Below are positions 57,165 to 64,000 of a stretch of 64,000 bases of DNA, piece by piece. The position numbers and the translations under genes are program-made. Within the stretch, counting starts at the first letter, position 1; the number at the start of each line of letters is the position of its first letter. The notes beneath the pieces were generated by a model. It did not search any database. It had not been told where the DNA came from and was given only the letters and a program-made list of their open reading frames with translations. This DNA is from Tetramitus jugosus (lineage: Eukaryota > Protista > Heterolobosea), in contig OW569365.1 of NCBI GenBank assembly GCA_937625935.1, forward strand, positions 437,658 to 501,657, written 5' to 3'.

Positions 57165-57459
57165 AGAGGTTTCCCGATAAGGCTAAAAGATGGCAATATG
57201 CCAAAGGAACTACCTTGATTCCCTTTTTTCTTCGTGTTCAGAACTCTGGTAAACAAGTCGGAGGAGATCTCAAGGAGGTAAAGTTACCACTCTTACCAGA
57301 AAGATATTAACCATCCACTTGCACTAGAATAGAATAGCCGAACCTAGAATATGTGAGTTAACTGATTCAGTAATACAAATGAAGATAGACAGTCATAATG
57401 ATCACATGGTTGTACCCCTCGAAAGGGTTATAGGACACTACAACAAACCAAAGGACCAT

Positions 57460-57546
57460 GGGAGCGTCCAGATATTATTTCTTATGATCCTGGGGATCAA
57501 AGAAATTAATTCAAATATTTATTCATATATCAAATCCCTGGTAGGA
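57460..57546 (-). mobile_element. MITE copy 2: inverted, diverged, one-ended
   Basis: Begins GGGAGCGTCCAGATATTATTTCTTA and aligns to the reverse complement of the right half of copy 1. Confidence 0.7.
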
Positions 57547-57618
57547 AGATAGGTGAAATGACTGTTCTTTCAAAAGAGGGTAGGAGTGCCAAGGATTAAT
57601 ATAATCCAATTTATGAAA

Positions 57619-57776
57619 GGGAGCGTCCAGATATTATATTCACCTCTGACCCCCTCCCTGCCTGTTTTGAATAAATTTGAATAACACATTTTCCTGTAAA
57701 TTCGAACGTTACGTTAATTCTCCTACTAGGATTGGACTCCCTAGGGGGCCATAAGAACTAAGATCTGGACGCTCCC
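57619..57776. mobile_element. MITE copy 3 (158 bp, internally deleted), 3-bp TSD AAA
   Basis: First 117 nt identical to copy 1; ends ATCTGGACGCTCCC; AAA on both sides. Confidence 0.85.
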
Positions 57777-58592
57777 AAATTGTAATATGTACCATGTAAC
57801 AGTAGTTTGGAACGATACTGTACTGTGTTATGAATGCAAGTAACTTCTCCAACCGACATAAACATAAAGAGATTTCGGTACTAACATCATCTGATATCGA
57901 CACATCACAGACAACTTCAGTCAGTGCAGAGAACAATTTGAATTCATAGATGAGTAATTCACCTTCTAAAGTCATCATTCGAATTACAGTCGTTGATCCA
58001 GTTCGTGAATGGATTGTACTCACTGAGTCTAAGACTCCAAAAATTATATATCATTCTTGACAACTTAATATCACTTATTGATCGTGCCGATCTATTAGAG
58101 AAGAAGATACTAAACAGGCAATGTGTGAAGAACAAAATTCAAAAGAGAATTGATCATGCAGTTGATGAAGTGAAGAGATTAGGAGCAAAGGAGAAAGGAG
58201 CATTTCTATAAGCATCTCGATAAGACAGACACAATCTGTGTCAGTACTGCAGATAGAGTACATATCAGCTATTGCCAAATGATTTTGAAGATTATTCAAA
58301 ATAGTGAGAAAGAAGGTACTGATAGTGATGGTGACAACCAGCAATGGCCGTTGATTCATTGAGAAGTAGAATTGGAGGAATCATCTTACTTAGATTATTA
58401 TTGAGCACCTCGAATTATCTAGAATTGATATCATTGATCCACGCTCCACAGCTTTGTTCAGACACCATTTGGTATTGCTCAACAGAAGAAGAATGACTGG
58501 TGTAAGAACAGATGGCATATTATAAGAGCAGAAAACCCCTCGAAAGCAAGAGATGATGTTGCAGCATACATTTTATCAACCCGATAAAAGGT

Positions 58593-58689
58593 CTCCCATA
58601 CCGGGACTCGAACCCGGGTCTTCCGGGAACTTTTGCATTTCAGCTTGGAAGTGAAAGCCGGATATCCTAACCAGCTAGACTATATGGGA
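58593..58689 (-). tRNA. tRNA-Glu(TTC) with 24-nt intron at 37/38 (58628-58651)
   Basis: TCCCATA/TATGGGA acceptor stem, D arm AGCTGGTT, anticodon stem TCCGG/CCGGA with CT-TTC-A, T arm CCGGG-TTCGAGT-CCCGG, and TTTT just downstream. Confidence 0.95.
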
Positions 58690-59159
58690 AGATATTACTT
58701 TCATATTTGGGTAAATAAATACGAAAAAACGTCGGAGTAAAACGCGAAACACATGTCAAAACAAGGACCGTCAGCTCAGGCGGTATTGATCCGCAGAAGT
58801 GTGGGAATTCATTCAGTGGTTTAACTGCACAAAAGTGTTGAAGGATTCCACGAGGGAGATTAATGGTAGGATGAGAGCCGTCGTCATTACTGGGGCTGGA
58901 AAAGTAAGAAAGGAGGAAATTGAGACCTGGGCTGGTCGGGATAATGTACATAGGTCCAAGGACCCCTGAACGAATCTATGGGAACCTTCGACTCCATCTA
59001 CGATTTTCAGTGCAAAGCAATCAAGAAACTAGATTAATATACAGTAAATCAAAGGGAGAGGGCAGAAACAATCAGCTTTTTTATTTCACTTTTTTCTTGG
59101 AATGGCAATTTTGAGTTTTTTCAGGTCGAGTTATTGATAATGACCTTGTTTTGTCTTGA

Positions 59160-59297
59160 CAGAGGTTCTGTGATGAAGATGACAAGGAAGGCTTTTATGT
59201 TTTGACAATTTTTGACAAAGACAAGACCAAAACACCACTACCTAGCTCTGTTTGATTTGACAAAGGCTTTCCCTTCTTCAACAACAAGACACCTCTG
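59160..59297. mobile_element. Possible degenerate MITE with imperfect ~35-bp TIRs (CAGAGGT…ACCTCTG)
   Basis: Left CAGAGGTTCTGTGATGAAGA…GGAAGGCTTT versus right reverse complement CAGAGGTGTCTTGTTGTTGAAGAAGGGAAAGCCTTT. No clean TSD. Confidence 0.35.
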
Positions 59298-60075
59298 TAG
59301 GTTCACGTCCAATCCTTTCGTTTAGCAGATTTACATCCAATCCTTTCGTTCAAAGGTCAATCAACACTATTTCTCGAATCTCGAAACAAACATCACAATC
59401 AATCATTTATCATATCATGTCAACTACGGCAGTAATAGTAATTACACCTGTACTTCGTTCTATTGCTCCCTCCAAGTGCGATCCTGACAGTCTGTTAATT
59501 CTTCTGAGAATCAATTAGTTGGGGAAGAAAACTATCAGTGCGTGAAAAATTGTGATACAATATTAAAGTTCCTCGCACTTGGCCTTCCATCCTTTGATCT
59601 CAGTATTCTTGTTCTACGACGTTCCAAAGTTTAATTGAACAAATATCACAGATATCAGTTAGATACATTCAATGCAAACTAAATGAGGTAGCATCGAAAA
59701 ATTCTTAATTAGTAATGTTTAATTGAAATTACTAAGAGATTACAAACAATGTTTGATTCCGAAGCATGGTACCACACAAAGGAAGACACAATCCACATTA
59801 TATTCATTCCAAGGAAGCATGTAATCAAATTTGAAAAAGATGATCCGAATTTTTTAAATTCACATTCACAGAACAACTGAACTTGATTTTTAACAGAAGC
59901 GAACAAAGAGAAGTGGTCCTCATCTTGTCAGTAATTAATGGTAGAGATTGTGCATTGTGCAGTATCATGTTATTAGAGATAACGTATGGCAAATTGAGTA
60001 TTCTGACAGAAGTACAGAAAATTGGTGTTGATTTTGTGACAGAAATGCATGAATAATCTTTCTTGCTAATTGTAT

Positions 60076-60789
60076 TCAAAAAAGCTCCCGCTTTATGACG
60101 TGTAATATCCCTCGGATCTTACTGAAAAACTCCCTCTTGGGCCGTACATAAGCACTCACTGAGAACCTTTCGGAAGAGGACCGAATAGTATTCGTGATGA
60201 GATGCATGCGAACATGTTCTTTTTCAGTTGATTCAAACAAACCATCGACTCCCTGCGGCATCTTATTACATGTAAACATGATCTTTGAAATTAATTCGCT
60301 TTTGTTCTTGCCCGATTTTTTCAGTCCATGCCTCTCCAGAACATCCTTCAACTCCTTTACTGGTTTTCTCCGCAATTCATCTTCTGAGTATCTCAACATG
60401 GTGTCCACTCTCACAATTGTTGAGTTGAACCGTGGCAACCGAAAAGCATTTGTCATGAGGTGATGATAGGTGCAGGGACCCAACCCTTGCTTTTCCAAAG
60501 GACTTGTGAACATCCTAACAGAGGCCATGAATCCTTTCATTGCAGCAGTCCATGAGTTGCCCGAGATCTGTTGCTTCAACAATCTCCACACTTCTCCTGA
60601 ATAGTGAGAATTGAATCCCATTGTGATCAAAACATCCCTGCAATACTCCAACAATTCTGCGGTTGCAACTCCAGCATCGACAGTAATGTGGGGCTTGGTC
60701 TGATACGACCAATGATCAATGAACCTTTTTACAGCCATTGCGCCGGTGATTTCACTCTCAAGGTTCAAGTGAGGTTGAAAGTCCAACAA
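60076..60789 (-). pseudogene. Truncated piggyBac-like transposase fragment with SAP domain
   Basis: PHITVDAGVATAELL resembles the second catalytic-Asp region; LRRKPVKELKDVLERHGLKKSGKNKSELISKI is a SAP motif. The ORF opens at TTG after an in-frame stop. Confidence 0.4.
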
Positions 60790-60963
60790 AAGGGTTTAGG
60801 CTCAAACACTAACTATGGGGTGCTGGAGTAGTGAGTGAGATGTTGTTGTTGTTGTTATAATAGTGTGCAGTATTGCGCAAACAATATTCGGGCTTGTCGC
60901 AATTCCGGTGCGGTGCCTAAACAATGCACACAGATTTTTTTATTTTATAGTAAAGTGCAGGTC

Positions 60964-60982
60964 TGGGTTTGGGTTTGGGTTT
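60964..60982 (+). repeat. Interstitial telomeric repeat (GGGTTT)3
   Basis: tgggtttgggtttgggttt. Confidence 0.85.
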
Positions 60983-61167
60983 TAACGTATACGCTAACCA
61001 AAAGTACGTCAAGGAGTGTATTCGTGCGTTACAATACCTGTTTTTGTATTCCTCATATCTTGAAATGTTCAACTTAACATTATGGTTGTTGTTTGACTTG
61101 TGATTGTGGAACTATAGACGAAACATGTGATTTCCGTTGGGTTTCAGTTGGGTTTCTCATATCTGGT

Positions 61168-61355
61168 GGCCCGTAAACGGGCCGCATATGACTGCTTTTT
61201 TACTATGGCCCGTGAGAAAGGTCAACTTTTACCTAGAGAATTTACGGGCCGCCTAAAAAATGCTTTTATCAAGGCCCGTGAACGGGCCACCTATTCTATG
61301 TAGCACGTTTACGGGCCGCCTATTTATCAACTTTTCTCTAGCCCGTTTACGGGCC
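61168..61355. repeat. Array of six GGCCCGT(NN)ACGGGCC palindromes, ~67-bp higher-order period
   Basis: Copies end at about 61183, 61223, 61250, 61288, 61317 and 61355. Confidence 0.8.
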
Positions 61356-61822
61356 TCATATCGGATGAGATCAACCAGCTCCCTCCATGCATCTCCTAAC
61401 ATAAATTGTTCTCAACCTAGTTCCTTGTACCATACCAACTGTTATGAGACCAATACCAATGATCTATTCAAAGGATTACATCGATTCGGTCAGATTTTGT
61501 CATACATGCAAGCAAGATCAACCTCACTTGATCATGAACTCTTTTACCGAGAGTGAGTCATTAATAGAGGTCGCATGACCTGTTTGAACTTGTACTTGAA
61601 TTCCAAATACACAGATCATTGGATGGACGAGTCAAGCCTACTACGACAACATAATTCTATCATTGAGAGCAACGAGTGATGAACAACCAGAAACAATCCA
61701 GTTCCAATAGAATATCAAATGAACTTTTAGAGATTTGACCATAGAGAGCAAACAGTATGAAAAGAGAACTGATATGATTACATCGATTGTGTCATCAGAT
61801 GATGAATAAAATTCTTGCACAG

Positions 61823-61972
61823 CTTTGGGTTGGGTTGGGTTTGGGACTTTATATTCGTTTCTGAACCGACAAAATATTGCCTTTTATGGAAGGGGAGTGT
61901 CTAAATATGGTTTTGGGAGGTTTTTGAGTTTGGGTTTGGGATTTATGTCATAAGTCCAGACCCAACCCAAAG
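61823..61972. repeat. 150-bp segment bounded by telomere-like 13-bp inverted repeats CTTTGGGTTGGGT
   Basis: 61823-61835 and 61960-61972 are perfect reverse complements. Confidence 0.65.
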
Positions 61973-62030
61973 GACTTTTCAGTACAACTTTTACTCATCT
62001 CAACGAGCTCTAACAGGATTTAACAGGATT

Positions 62031-62456
62031 AAAACTCTATCGTCTCGAAGAGACGATCGCTCCCTGCTGTAATTAACAGATTTTAACTGCAACAGGATTA
62101 AAACTGCAGCACCGAACTATCATTGCACTGGCAGCGCTAGCTGACAGTGCTGACTGAAAAAATATGAGTGATCATTATTTATTCTACTACTCTTCAATAT
62201 TTATTCGTCCTCTTCTCCAGAGAGCTCAACAACAAGAGAATCTTCCTGGATTCCCCAACCTAAGGAAACGATTTCCTTATATGGTAATTTTTTTTTGAGA
62301 TTTTTTATTGCTCTAGGAGCTTCATCTGGTTGAGGTGAAGAGATTGGCGTGGTTTTCAACTCGATTTGAGCTTTATCGGCTCGTAGAGCCGATATATCTG
62401 TGCTGTATTTAACAGATTTTTATCGGCAACAGTGTTAAAACTGCAACAGATTTTAG
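62031..62456. repeat. Two diverged ~80-bp direct repeats, each with a GNA-triloop hairpin and AACAG(G)ATT motifs
   Basis: Units at about 62031-62110 and 62371-62456. Confidence 0.7.
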
Positions 62457-63215
62457 ACGATTTTGATTCTGTACTGGAGATAAGACGTACTAGTGACAAA
62501 TGATTTCTTTGTTTTAGATCAGAGTATTGGGACATTATTTGATCATTTTTAACATGATTTCCTACTAACTATATTTTTTGACTTGATGTCTTATGACTTG
62601 ATTTTTCTGAAATTTTGACTGACTTGATTTCGCGTTTTTAGGAATAGAATCGACAGTTTTTATTATAGAATCACGGTAGAATCAGATATTCTATCTATTA
62701 TTGAGACCTTTCGCTTTAAAGTCCTGTAAGTCAGTGAAATAGTGAAGTTTCAAATCTGAATCTAGCTTGAAGATCCAACGGGTCAGAAATACAGAATACT
62801 AGCTTTTCTGAATGACAATTCAGATTTATAGATGTAATAGAGTGGAAAGCTTTTTCAAAAGTTCTTCTTCTAAGAGATTTGAACTCTGACAGTATGAGAA
62901 CTCAAATTTTGTGTTTTTCTTGAATGCAGAGTTGAATACCCAGACCCAACCCATCATAACTGAAGAGAAGTAGGAATGATTACTCATTAAACATATATTG
63001 ACTCACTAGATTGCTTCAAAAACATCCAGATGTTGAGCATTGAATGAGAGAATATCCGTTTTCGACAAAGAGTAAGGAGTGAAAGTCAAGAGATGGATAA
63101 AGAAATGGAATGAGTGATTTGAGCTTTCATTAATCATGTTTGATCAGACTTTAGATGATAGATCGATTTTGTTTTGAATTTGGATGAAGTTTTTGATTTT
63201 TGAAAAGAAAGTGAA

Positions 63216-64000
63216 TTTGGGTTTGGGTTTGGGTTTGGGTTTGGGTTTGGGTTTGGGTTTGGGTTTGGGTTTGGGTTTGGGTTTGGGTTTGGGTTTGGGT
63301 TTGGGTTTGGGTTTGGGTTTGGGTTTGGGTTTGGGTTTGGGTTTGGGTTTGGGTTTGGGTTTGGGTTTGGGTTTGGGTTTGGGTTTGGGTTTGGGTTTGG
63401 GTTTGGGTTTGGGTTTGGGTTTGGGTTTGGGTTTGGGTTTGGGTTTGGGTTTGGGTTTGGGTTTGGGTTTGGGTTTGGGTTTGGGTTTGGGTTTGGGTTT
63501 GGGTTTGGGTTTGGGTTTGGGTTTGGGTTTGGGTTTGGGTTTGGGTTTGGGTTTGGGTTTGGGTTTGGGTTTGGGTTTGGGTTTGGGTTTGGGTTTGGGT
63601 TTGGGTTTGGGTTTGGGTTTGGGTTTGGGTTTGGGTTTGGGTTTGGGTTTGGGTTTGGGTTTGGGTTTGGGTTTGGGTTTGGGTTTGGGTTTGGGTTTGG
63701 GTTTGGGTTTGGGTTTGGGTTTGGGTTTGGGTTTGGGTTTGGGTTTGGGTTTGGGTTTGGGTTTGGGTTTGGGTTTGGGTTTGGGTTTGGGTTTGGGTTT
63801 GGGTTTGGGTTTGGGTTTGGGTTTGGGTTTGGGTTTGGGTTTGGGTTTGGGTTTGGGTTTGGGTTTGGGTTTGGGTTTGGGTTTGGGTTGGGTTTGGGTT
63901 TGGGTTTGGGTTTGGGTTTGGGTTTGGGTTTGGGTTTGGGTTAGGGTTTGGGTAGGGTTAGGGTTTGGGTTTGGGTTTGGGTTTTGGGTTTTGGGTTTGG
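63216..64000 (+). repeat. Telomere (TTTGGG)n
   Basis: At least 785 nt of tandem TTTGGG to the window end, with the G-rich strand running 5'->3' toward the end and rare distal variants. Confidence 0.97.

Noticed and set aside
61168-61355. CRISPR-like repeat-spacer array
   Set aside because: The repeats are only 16 nt, degenerate and in mixed orientation. The spacers are short and related to each other, there are no cas genes, and the context is eukaryotic.
61980-62476. CAGTACA/TGTACTG as Tc1-like TIRs
   Set aside because: Only 7 bp and no TA duplication.

Overview
Eukaryotic (protist) chromosome end. About 1-54.4 kb is a very compact gene array in the standard genetic code: about 25 protein genes with short intergenic gaps and few, short GT-AG introns. 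It includes two mitochondrial carriers, CFAP58, CFAP52, CEP350/TRM-like and PCM1-like coiled-coil proteins, an HRI-type eIF2alpha kinase, CDC45, ERGIC3, an AGC kinase, PSTK, SF3A2, DCP2, DCN1, a degenerate REXO4, a nitrilase-WD40 fusion, two RGS-START proteins, an ankyrin/Cache pseudo-cyclase, DPM1, an SH3-RhoGEF, a secreted LRR protein and an NHL-EGF receptor kinase. The content suggests a heterolobosean (Naegleria-like) amoeboflagellate; this is inference. From about 54.4 kb there is a roughly 9 kb subtelomere. It holds decayed genes (a deaminase + PHYHIP-like fusion relic and a piggyBac-like transposase/SAP relic), a young MITE family with 19-bp TIRs and 3-bp TSDs, an intron-containing tRNA-Glu(TTC) and several hairpin/palindrome repeat modules, and it ends in a (TTTGGG)n telomere from 63216. 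All family calls come from motif recognition by eye; no searches were run.
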